A DNA stretch of 64,000 nt, taken from the NCBI RefSeq assembly GCF_006345805.1, contig NC_042998.1:45322001-45386000 (forward strand), given 5' to 3'. Position 1 is the stretch's first letter, and each line of letters starts with the position of its first letter. The notes below the pieces were generated by a model, which saw only the letters and a list, made by a program, of their open reading frames with translations, was not told the origin of the DNA and did no database searches. Position numbers and translations under genes: made by a program. Of this stretch, positions 1-11,894 are shown in pieces. The stretch is from Octopus sinensis. Lineage: Eukaryota.

Positions 1-55
1 ACCCGTATATATTAAGATTATAAATGTACACTCCATAGATACAAAAAACAATGTT

Positions 56-128
<73 letters not shown>

Positions 129-609
129 TATATATATATGCCTAAAGCTTACACATTCTTATAAGCATAAATAGAATAACAAAAAATATTTACAAGATGC
201 AAAATATATTTTAGATTAAGTTATGGCTCACATATCTGGGACAGTACACCAATTATACAATGTACTATGTGGACCACTGCCAATAACATATTTAACTACC
301 TGATTGGCAAGCTTTTACTAAGCAACACACTCATACACTATTAAAGCAGTTTCTGTCACCTTTTACTATGAAAGTGTTTTCTTCATTGAACTTGTACATT
401 GTTTATTACCTTCATTCATTGGGATGGAGCAATTATATCATAAGGGAGGGTATAACTGTTTTGATACTTTGACTGGAAAAAACAACACTAAATATAGTAG
501 GAATGGGGGTACAACAGTGGTTGTTTGTTTAGCGCTAAGTTAACCCTTTTAGTATCAACTCACCGTACCTGATTTTTTTCTGATACAAACATCTTGTTTG
601 AAAGTGATC

Positions 610-965
610 ATCATTCATCATCATCATCATTGTTTAACGTCCGTTTTCCATGCTAGCATGGATTGGACGGTTTGACAGGGGTCTGGGAAGCCAGGAGGCT
701 GCACCAGGCTCCAGTCTGATCTGGCAGTGTTTCTACAGCTGGATGCCCTTCCTAACACCAACCACTCTGTGAGTGTAGTGGGTGCTTTTTACGTGCCACC
801 AGCATAGGTGCCAAGGGAGGCTGGCAGCGACCAAGATCGGTTGGTGCTTTTTACGTGCCACTGGCACAGAAGTGAGTCAAGGCAGCGCTGGCATCAGCCA
901 CATTTGGATGGTGCTTTTTTCGTGCCATCGGCACAGGTATCACAGCTACAATTTCCATTCCCATC
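610..965 (-). mobile_element. RTE 3'-end fragment nested in a piggyBac-like MITE
   Basis: catcatcat tail plus tttaacgtccgttttccatgctagcatgg...ctacagctggatgcccttcctaac, shared with the RTE 3' terminus. Confidence 0.8.
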
Positions 966-2075
966 AAAATTCCATGTCAATATATGTTCTAAACATCAAC
1001 TTAATAATGAGTTATTTTACTATATTTTTCATTATTTTCCAAATTAATTGAAATAAAGGTTGTGTATTCCAACAGAAATCTGGTTTTAAAAAAGGACTAA
1101 AACTGGTTAACTCAATTGTCTTGATTTAAGTTGATGATTTCAAATCTGAGATAACATATTTAAAATTACCTTAGGTTTAAAGTTAAAGACTACAACTTAC
1201 AAATCTATTTTGACAATGAAAACATGAATAAGGTAAGGAAACCCTTGATTCTGAATCATTGTAGATTGGAAATTTAAATGTAAGATCAAAATATCTAAAG
1301 TTCAGAATTGAACAAATGAAATCATGGACACAGAAACCTATAATGGTTCAATTCAACATCATCATCATCATTCAATGTCCACTTTTCCATGTTTGCATGG
1401 ATCAGGCAGAATTTGTTGAGACATTTTCTTTAACTGGATGCCTTTTCTGTCACCAACCTTCACCTTGTTTCCTAGAAAGGTAATATTTCCCCCCATTGCT
1501 AGACATGTTCATTTACAACCACCACCACCATCATCATCATCATCGTTTAATATCCACTTTCCATGCTGGCATGGGTTGGATGGTTTGGCAGGAGCTGGTT
1601 GGGCAGAAGATGAGCTTCTTCCAGTTTCTATCTACTAAATCCACTCACAGACTCTTGGCCAGTCCGGGGCTATAGTAGAAGACACTTGCTCAAGGTGCTG
1701 CACAGTAGAACTGAACCCAAAACTACATGGTTGATTATTAAGCAGGCTTCTTAACCCCACAGCCATACATGTGCCTATGATTTACTACCAGCACACTGAT
1801 GGTAAATTCTAGTTGTACTTGTGACTACTTCTGTATGAAACTAATTTAATATTTCTGATTACAACTCCAGACTAAATGAATAAAAATATTTTCGGGCTTT
1901 TCCATTGCACTGTCATAAAAATCTTCTAGTTACCAACAGCTACCATCATTTATTTATCTTTCATACAGAATAGATAAAATGGGGAAAAAATACTCTATTT
2001 TTAGATTACCAACTATTTGGCTTGCTTAGTCATCGTCATCATCATCATCATCATCATCATCATTGCTATTATTAT

Positions 2076-2284
2076 TCATGCTGCCAGAATCATTAGTGCG
2101 TCAGAGAAATTGCCTTGTAGTATTTCTTCCAACTTTTTACATTCTGAGTTCAAATCCTGCCAGAGTCAACTTTGCCTTTCATCCTTCCAAGACCAATAAA
2201 TTACTAGTCAAAAACTGGAGTTAGTAGTGAAGACTAATGCTCTCCCCCCCAAAATTGCTGACCTTGTGCTAAAATTAGAAAGAA

Positions 2285-2324
<40 letters not shown>

Positions 2325-2760
2325 AACAGCAAGCTGGCAGAATCGTTAGCATGCCGGGCAGAATGCTTAGCAGCATTTCGTCCGTCTTTACATTCTGAGT
2401 TCAAATTCTGTTGAGATCGACTTTGCCTTATGTCCTTTCGTGGTCAATAAATTAAATACCAGTTGAATACTGGGGTTGATATAATTGACCCTCCCTGTCC
2501 CCAAATTTCAGGCCTTGTGCCTATAGTAGAAAGTATTATTGTTATTATTATTATTATTATTATTAAAGTAGCAAGCTGGCAGAATTGTTAGCACTCTGGA
2601 CAAAACGCTCTGTGGCATTTATTCTAACATTATGTTCTGAGTTCAAATTCTGCTGAAGTCAGAATCAATAAAATAAGTATCAGTTGAGTACAGGGGTTGG
2701 TGTAATCGACTAACTCCCCTTCACCAAATTCCAGGTCTTGTGCTTATTATTCTTATTATC
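2076..2760 (+). mobile_element. Three head-to-tail SINE-B copies with (ATT)n tails
   Basis: Units at about 2076-2322, 2325-2565 and 2567-2760. Similar chains at 34500-34955, 59465-59760 and 62530-63437; a single copy at 12805-13030. Confidence 0.8.
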
Positions 2761-4138
2761 AAATTTGCTTCCCAGCCATATTGTTTGGGGTCTAGTCCTA
2801 CTGTGCAATGCCTTGAGCAAGTATCATCTGTAGCCTCAAGCTAACCAAAGCTTTGGATGTAGATTTGTTAAACAGACTGAAAAGAACCTCATCATGTATG
2901 TGCATGCCCATACATGCTTGAGTGTGTTTGTTTACATCTGAGCTTGTTTATTCGAAATCTATGACATCAAGCATTGTTGTTGACACTTCTTTGCCAATAA
3001 CTCGTCCATTGCTTCATACTTTCAAAGCCATGTGGTTGAGACAAGAAATCCTTTACGTGAAAAACAGGTAAGAGTCTTCCAGCTGTAAAACAGTGCCCCA
3101 ATAACGTAATTGTGTAACCCATGCTGGCATGAAAAAATGAATGTAAAACAAATCATCACCACCACATCATTATCATCTCCTATTTACCTTTCTGTCCCTT
3201 TGTGTGACTATTGAAACTGTCCTTTTCTACTACTTCTCATTAATTACTGCTTCAGCAAGTTGCCTACTGAGTTTGAAAATAAATCTCTCTCTATATATTT
3301 TTTTTTCTGAGTACCAATTCAGCTTGTTATTTGGTAATAGCATTCATTAATTTATAACTAGGCTATGTGGCTAAATTACTCCCTGGAAAAACCAGATTCT
3401 CTTATAGATTAAGCACAACATTTTCCAGTGTCTTCTCTTCTTTTTCCTGATATATATAGGCACAGGTGTGGCAGTGTGGTTAGGAAGTTTCCTTCCCAAC
3501 CACATGGTTTCAAGTTCAGTCCCATTGCATGGCATCTCAAGCTAGTGTTTCCTACTATAGCTCTGAACTGACCAGTGCCTTGGGAGTGAATTTGGCAAAC
3601 AGAAACTGAAAGAAGCCTGTCGTGTGTGCACATGTATGTGTGTTCTCTTTCTAATTAGAGTAAATTTTGTCCAGCCGCCTGGTTGTGAAGGAAAGCATCT
3701 TGTTTTAACCATCATCCTTTAAATCTTAAGAAGGTCTTGCAGATTTTTATAGGCCCAGATATTGTGATCATTTCTAACATATGAATTAAGGATTTGTATT
3801 TTCTCTCCAAGATCCCAAGTTTAGCCACACTTTGTCCTTAATGGGTTGGTACATATTCTGTTGCTCCAATAATAAGTATGAAGCTGAACGTGTATCTTGG
3901 GTACTAGATTTGCAAATTCCTTATCAATGGTCCATATATGTTCTCTCTCTATTGTATTTTTCTAACCATGTTGGTATCCAGAGGGCAGCTGATTTCCACA
4001 ACAATACGTATATTTTCTTTGTGGTCCCACACAACAAAATCTTGCCAGTTGTGTTTTAACTTGGTTGTTGTTTTAGTTTTTAAGTTCCACTAATATTCTT
4101 TTGACCCATCAGTCTCAATATGGTCATGTATGTATATA

Positions 4139-4695
4139 TAGGATGGGACAGAGAGGATGGGCGTTTTTAAAAATTTCACAAGATCATTAATTTTAGATGC
4201 AAACAAATATTATTGACATCAATATGTTCGTATTGAATTAGCATTTATCAAAATCAAGTGTGGAAAGCAACATCCATCATGTGGTGTCCGTTTCTGTTGA
4301 TGCATTTCTGAAAGGTTGTCTGACGCATTACACATTTTGCAGGATCCATACCATTTGTGGTGCTCCTACTCATTAGTGTACCCTGTGTATGAAGTGCATT
4401 CACCCAATGTAAGATTGTGTTATGGGTGAGGACAGCCTAATTTCGGTGAATGTTGAAGTGGTGCCGAAACTCACGCTGAACTGCTGTGACAGATTCATTA
4501 TTCTTCACATAACTGTTGTAGGCAAACACACGATGCTCTATAATTCACAGCGCCATGGCTTCAGGGCTTCACCTGAAAAGAAGAAAGACTGCTAAGGCAC
4601 CATGGGCCAAATGGTACCTGTTGGACATATGTCCCTTCCCTTGGGGCTGAATAATAACCATTTCAAAAACATCCGTCCTCTCTGCCCCCACCCTG
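4139..4695 (-). mobile_element. Internally deleted Tc1/mariner element with a DUF4817-type N-terminal HTH
   Basis: Imperfect TIRs (TAGGATGGGACAGAGAGGATGGGCGTTTTTAAAAAT versus ATTTCAAAAACATCCGTCCTCTCTGCCCCCACCCTG) flanked by TA. Remnant ORF 4254-4556 reads MAL*IIEHRVFAYNSYVKNNESVTAVQREFRHHFNIHRN*...FQKCINRNGHHMMDVAFHT. Confidence 0.8.
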
Positions 4696-6358
4696 TATGT
4701 ATGTATGCATGCATGCAACCCATGCCAGCATGGAAGACGTATGTTAAATGATGATGGTATGTATATATATATGTATGTTTACATGCATGTGAGTGTGTAT
4801 GTGTGTATGTTTGTGTCTCTTTGTCATGGCATTACATGATAATTGAGTGTGTCACTATTGTACAAGCAGTGTCGTTCCTTTTTAACATTCTGCATAAATG
4901 TATCTATCCATGAGGAAATATTACCTTGCTTAGAAACAAGGGAGGATTAGCAACAGGAAGGCATCCAGAGCTAAAAAATCTATATCAATAAACTATATCC
5001 GACCCAAGCAAGCATGGAAAAGTGGGTGCTTATTCAATGATGATGATGTTATCCCTTTTGTAGTGTAAACATCTACTATAATAATAATCTTGTGTCTTTC
5101 TCTGTCATAACATATGAATGAGAAAGGAAGGGATGGTGGTAAACTCGGTAGTGGGATGATGGAAGTTCTATGATGAAAAAAAATCAAACCGCATTTCAAC
5201 TCTGCATGAGTATATGTGTGTGTATGTAAAAGGGAGGGAGTCATGTGAATGTTTGTTCGTGTGCATGTGTGTGTGCAATAGAAGTGGGATGGTGAAAAAT
5301 CAAACAGTGTTTCAACTCTGTGTGAGTATATATGTGTGTGTGTGTGTGTGTACAAGGGAAGTATGTCAATTTTTGTATCCGTGATTATTATTTACCTTAT
5401 TTATATATAAATTACTACAATTAGCCGTCATTTTTTATGGCATGGGGCCAGCTAATTACTTTATAGTATCTGAGTGGCTGCTTTCTGAAATTGCATGTAT
5501 TTGGAATCTCATTCTCTTTTTTCTTCTGCTCATTTGGTTGTCAGCCTCCTATGAAACCCAGTTTCCACTGATCTGAATACCATAACAACATCTAAGCATT
5601 GAGGCCAGTGAGCTGTTATTGTTTAACATCAAGGTAGCCCTAATGAAACAGATCTATGATCTTCAGAATTCCAGCCACAACCGTCCATATTTTTCTTGGG
5701 TATTGGGTATCTGTGTCAAAAATATTGGGTATCTATGACAGTGTTATCACTGAGCTAAATGTAATTAATAGGTAAACTTTGAGTGTCAGTGACCCAGGTT
5801 ATGTCTAAATATTTATAAAGAGAGGCCATATCTGGATAGGCTTTAAAAGTTAAAATACAAATGTCTTGGGATTTGGTAGATCAAATCTCAGAAGGCCAAA
5901 GCTTAAAGTTTCTTGGGAGTACAAGAAAGTTTGTTGCTCTGATATTATTCATCAATGTGTCCTTTCCTTTTTTAAAACGGTAGATGGAGTGAGATTTAAG
6001 GGATTTGGGCTGCTATTTCTAGCCAGTCAATCAATCTCATAGCAATTTCATTGTTGGTTTGTTTAGTGGCTTGTGTTCTGTGAGAGAGAGTATAGATTGC
6101 TAGCTTTATCATGTTGACGTGGATTGTGAAAAATCTGATACTCTGCTTCCTTTCACTCCCAATTTCATGACCTCTTACTGAGATTGAGTCATATGGGTCT
6201 AACAAGCAATTTAGCCGGCAGATATAGATATTAGCAGATTAACAAAAATGCTAATTACAATGTTGATGAATTCTTTTTATAACACATGCATATAGATACA
6301 AACATATGTATGTGTGTGTGTGTATTCATATATACACATATATTTATGCCGACATAAA

Positions 6359-6712
6359 GGCATAGGAGTGGCTGTGTGGTAAGTAGATTGCTTACCAGCC
6401 ACAAGGTTCCGGGTTCAGTCCCACTGCGTGGCACCTTGTGTGTGGATTTGGTAGATGGAAACTGAAAGAAGCTCGTCGTATATATGTGTGTTTGTGTGTC
6501 AGTTTTTGTCCCCCCAACATCACTTGACAACCGATGCTGGTGTGTTTACGTCCCTGTAACTTAGCGGTTCAGCAAAAGAGACCGATAGAATAAGTACTAG
6601 GCTTACAAAGAATAAGTCCTGGGGTCGATTTGCCCGACTAAAGGCAGTGCTCCAGCATGGCCACAGTCAAATGACTGGAACAAATAAAAGAGTAAAAGAG
6701 TATACATATATT
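6359..6712 (+). mobile_element. SINE-A copy
   Basis: Same family. Further copies or halves at about 3458-3640, 7603-7950, 8560-8960, 9965-10355(-), 11319-11709(-), 12228-12630, 13525-13915(-), 14010-14345(-), 14815-15180, 15445-15690(-), 17480-17660, 26365-26550(-), 28290-28460(-), 29930-30520(-), 50220-50670(-), 50815-51035 and 51810-52160(-). Confidence 0.85.
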
Positions 6713-6837
6713 TTAAATTATTTCAGCTTCAAAGCTGTGGCCATGCTGGAGCACCATATACATGTATGTACATTGACATGCATATATACATGTATGTACA
6801 TATACATGCATATATACATGTATGTACATATGCATGC

Positions 6838-6890
<53 letters not shown>

Positions 6891-8984
6891 TGCATATATT
6901 CTAATTAATAAGATAGTTTCGTTGAGAAAGGAAAAAAAAGACTATTTTTGACTAGGTGTAAAAGTATAGCTGAAACTACAGAATATTTCCTGTATAACAG
7001 TTCTCTTAATATTAAAACATTGTGTATGTTTTATTTATTTATTTATTTATTCCTTATTTATATAAGATATTTTCAATAATAACTCATAAACAGCTTTAGT
7101 GTTCAAAGCAACTAGTTCTGTTTTATTATCATATCAGTATAAAGGCATAGAAACATTGCTGTGTTAGTTTGAAAACCACTATTGATAAATCTAATCTATT
7201 TTATTTATTCTCTGATTCAATCTTTTTTGATGGTGATAACCGTATTGGACTAACGGAAGTCTATAGTGTTGTATATTAGAATGGTTGTTTTGTCAGATAT
7301 TCAGTATGGGAGGCTGGTCTAAAACAGTAAAATAAATACTAGCAGGAAAAGTCTTCTACAGAGTGTATACTGTAGACTTTATACGTTTGAACAGGGTACC
7401 CACTATGAAGCTTTTAATAGACTGTGTACATGTTTATCTGATAAACGTAACTCTTGTTTTAAAACCCATATCTTCTAACAACGAGGTGATAGAATTGTGA
7501 AAGCTTCAGTAATTTGGGGTTTTTTAATATATTTTTAAAATTTTATTTATTTATCTATCTATTTATTTTTAGTTCTAGTAGCTTTCAGTTGAAATACATT
7601 GCAGGCATTACTGTGTGGTAAGAAGCTTATTTCCCAACCACATGGTTTCAAGTTCAGTCCCACTGCATGTTATCTTGGGTAAATAAATGTCTGGTACTAT
7701 AGCTCCAGGCTGACCAGTGCCTTGTGAGTGGATATGGTAGATGGAAACTGAAAGAAGCCCATCATGTGTGTGTTTGTGGTCGTCCCCCACCACTGCTTGA
7801 CAACCGGTAAAAGGGACCAGTAGAATAAATATCAGGCTTTAAAAAAAAGTAAGTAGTGGGGTTGATTTGTCCAACTAAATTCTTCGAGGTGGTGGCCCAG
7901 CATGGCTGCAGCCCAGTTACTGAAGCAAGTAACAGATAAAAGATACATAATCTAAATTAACACCTGTCTCAAAAATCTTAATTACTAGCCCCTTTTTTTT
8001 CTCTAATTTCTATTAATAATTGCTCCCCTGCAAAACAAAAATTATTTCTCCACATGTCTTGCAATATTGTTTATAATACTCTGAGGTGTATCTCTGTAAT
8101 CTCCATTTTTAATATCAGCTTATCTAAAATGTTTCCTGTTGCCTTATCTGCTCACACTGAGGTTTTAATATAAATTTAATCCCAAACTAAGCCACTATGT
8201 GCTTCCAGAAAGCTCATTAATACAAATAAAATATACATTTAATCCGAAATATATTTTTGATGGATTAATAAATTTCCCCTTTTCTTTCTCCTCCCCCTCC
8301 TCCATTAATATTATTCTGTTTTTTGTTGGTTTTCTTTGTTTTTTGTTTGTTTGTTTTTTTTATATTTCAATTTTCATTGGAGTCAGGTTTATATTTCCTT
8401 CCTAAGTTCTGGATTGATTTAGTCAACTATGCCTTGCCTTCCCGTTTTATTACAAAATTGGCTTCCTACTTGTCGCAGTGAAATCAATATTCATTTACAG
8501 TATTTTCCGGCATGCAAGTCAAATTTACAGACCAAAATTAAGTCAGAAATGGTAGTTTCACAGGCATGGCCGTGTAGTAAGAAGTTTGCTTCTCAGCTAA
8601 ATGGTTCTGGGTTCAGTCCCACTGCACAGCACCTTGGGCAAGTGTCTTCTACTATAGCCCTCAGACCAACCAAAGCCTTGTCAGTGGATTTGATAGACGG
8701 AAACTAAAAGAAGCCTGTTGTGTGTGTGTATGTATGTATGTATATATATACATACATACATCTGTACATGTGCTTGTGTTTGTCCACTACCAGAACCAGT
8801 ATGTTTTGTTTACGTCCCCATAATTTAGTTGTTCAGCAAAAGAGACTGATAAAATAAGGACCACTCTTTGAAAAAAAAATAGATACTGGAGCCAATTTGT
8901 TCAACTGAACATCTCAAGTTGGTGCCCCAGTATGACCTCAATCCAGTGACTGCAACAAGTAGATAGATAGACAGGCACACATAC

Positions 8985-9244
8985 ACATACATACAAGCTC
9001 ATACACACATGCACACACACACACACACACGTATACACACACACATACACATACACACACATACACATACACACACATACACATACACACACACATACAC
9101 ATACACACACACATACACATACACACACACATACACATACACACACACATACACACACACATACACACACACATACACACACATACACACACACATACAC
9201 ACACATACATACACTCATACACATACATACATATACACTCATAC

Positions 9245-9283
<39 letters not shown>

Positions 9284-9290
9284 TACATAC
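8985..9290. repeat. Compound (CA)/(CATA) microsatellite
   Basis: Seen directly. Other long tracts: (TA)n at 55-138, 16395-16495, 39810-39850 and 43858-43912; (CT)/(CTAT) at 45230-45560; (TAG/TGG) at 56035-56190. Confidence 0.95.
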
Positions 9291-11894
9291 CAATGTGGTG
9301 ACTTTAATGCCAATTTAATTATTTATGAGTCCAATGCTACTGATTTTCTCAGCTGAACATTTTTTATTTAATGTGTTTTACCCATTATAACCAAACCAAC
9401 AAGTATTGGTGTAAACCTTTCTTTTAGGCTTTATTCCACCAACTGACCTTGAAAATGAACAAAAACCAGGTCTACAATAGTAGCAGAAATTTCACACCTC
9501 ATTAATATAATCTATTCAGTAAGTAAAAGACACACAATAGCCTAAAGATTAAAATTCTTGAAAACTTATAGTAAAACTAATCTGAATATATAAAAAGCAA
9601 ATTTTGATAGTTGTAAATGGGATACAAAGAAAAGCATACGAAAGAATACCTTGACACATTTGTCTGTCACTGCGCTAAAGGTGAAATATAATGTGGCTGG
9701 GAATACCAGAACAAATAGTCATAGCTGACTAAAGGGCTAGTTATACACACAGCCTCTATAAATAGAACTGAGATCCTAATGATGAGAGTGTTCACAAACC
9801 CCATCGTCTGATATCCTTCAGTTCAAGTGTTTGTAATAATATATTTATGAAAATCATGGAAATAGTTTACAAATAAAATTTTAAACTGACAACTTAGACA
9901 TTATCTCTTCATCATCATTATTTCATTGTCTATTTTTACATGCTTGTGTGAGTTAGGAACAGTTTCTCTTTAACTTGTTTCAGTCATTTGACTGCGGCCG
10001 TGCTGGAGCACCATGTTTAGTCGAGCAAATCGACCCCGGGACTTATTCTTTGTAAGCCTAGTACTTATTCTATCAGTCCCTTTTGCTGAACAGCTAAGTT
10101 ACAGGGACGTAAATACACCAGCATTGGTTATCAAGTGATACTGAGATGACAATCACAGACACACAAGCACATACATACACATATACATATATATATATAC
10201 ATATGATGGGCTTCTTTCAGTTTCTGTCTACCAAATCCACTCACAAGGCTTTGATCAGCCCGAGGCTATAGTAGAAGACACTTGCCTAAGGTGCCATGCA
10301 GTGGGACTGAACCCAGAACCATGTGGTCGGTAAGCAAGCTACTTACCACACAGCTATCCAGATGCTCTTCCTGTTGCAAACTCTCATCTGTTTCCAAACA
10401 ATATTTTTGACACTTAGACATATTTTCACAAAAGCTTACCAAGAAATAGCACCATTTGTAGGATGATAATGTTTGTTTGCATTTAACATGCCATATCAAA
10501 ACAAGTTGACAGAAACACAAGCGTGCATGCACACACACACCACACACACACACACACATACACACATACACATACATACATATACACTCATACACATACA
10601 TACACACACACACACACACACCACACACACACATACATACATACCAATGTGGTGACTTTAATGCCAATTTAATTATTTATGAGTCCAATGCTACTGATTT
10701 TCTCAGCTGAACATTTTTTATTTAATGTGTTTTACCCATTATAACCAAACCAACAAGTATTGGTGTAAACCTTTCTTTTAGGCTTTATTCCACCAACTGA
10801 CCTTGAAAATGAACAAAAACCAGGTCTACAATAGTAGCAGAAATTTCACACCTCATTAATATAATCTATTCAGTAAGTAAAAGACACACAATAGCCTAAA
10901 GATTAAAATTCTTGAAAACTTATAGTAAAACTAATCTGAATATATAAAAAGCAAATTTTGATAGTTGTAAATGGGATACAAAGAAAAGCATACGAAAGAA
11001 TACCTTGACACATTTGTCTGTCACTGCGCTAAAGGTGAAATATAATGTGGCTGGGAATACCAGAACAAATAGTCATAGCTGACTAAAGGGCTAGTTATAC
11101 ACACAGCCTCTATAAATAGAACTGAGATCCTAATGATGAGAGTGTTCACAAACCCCATCGTCTGATATCCTTCAGTTCAAGTGTTTGTAATAATATATTT
11201 ATGAAAATCATGGAAATAGTTTACAAATAAAATTTTAAACTGACAACTTAGACATTATCTCTTCATCATCATTATTTCATTGTCTATTTTTACATGCTTG
11301 TGTGAGTTAGGAACAGTTTCTCTTTAACTTGTTTCAGTCATTTGACTGCGGCCGTGCTGGAGCACCATGTTTAGTCGAGCAAATCGACCCCGGGACTTAT
11401 TCTTTGTAAGCCTAGTACTTATTCTATCAGTCCCTTTTGCTGAACAGCTAAGTTACAGGGACGTAAATACACCAGCATTGGTTATCAAGTGATACTGAGA
11501 TGACAATCACAGACACACAAGCACATACATACACATATACATATATATATATACATATGATGGGCTTCTTTCAGTTTCTGTCTACCAAATCCACTCACAA
11601 GGCTTTGATCAGCCCGAGGCTATAGTAGAAGACACTTGCCTAAGGTGCCATGCAGTGGGACTGAACCCAGAACCATGTGGTCGGTAAGCAAGCTACTTAC
11701 CACACAGCTATCCAGATGCTCTTCCTGTTGCAAACTCTCATCTGTTTCCAAACAATATTTTTGACACTTAGACATATTTTCACAAAAGCTTACCAAGAAA
11801 TAGCACCATTTGTAGGATGATAATGTTTGTTTGCATTTAACATGCCATATCAAAACAAGTTGACAGAAACACAAGCGTGCATGCACACACACAC
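9291..11894. repeat. Tandem duplication with a 1354 bp period
   Basis: 9291-10540 recurs at 10645-11894 with no differences seen by eye; CA microsatellites lie at both outer ends and at the junction. Confidence 0.95.

Noticed and set aside
1175-1232. Exon-like segment FKVKDYNLQIYFDNENMNK with a GTAAGG donor
   Set aside because: The acceptor is weak, the phase 0 end cannot join the phase 2 exon at 30571, and there is no similarity to TBC1D12/14.
8901-9356. His/Thr- or Cys/Val-rich ORFs here and throughout the track
   Set aside because: These are CA/TG microsatellite translations with no splice or homology support.
9428-9469. 42 nt symmetric exon candidate GFIPPTDLENEQKP inside the duplicated block
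   Set aside because: The donor (gtctac) is poor and there is no recognisable homology.
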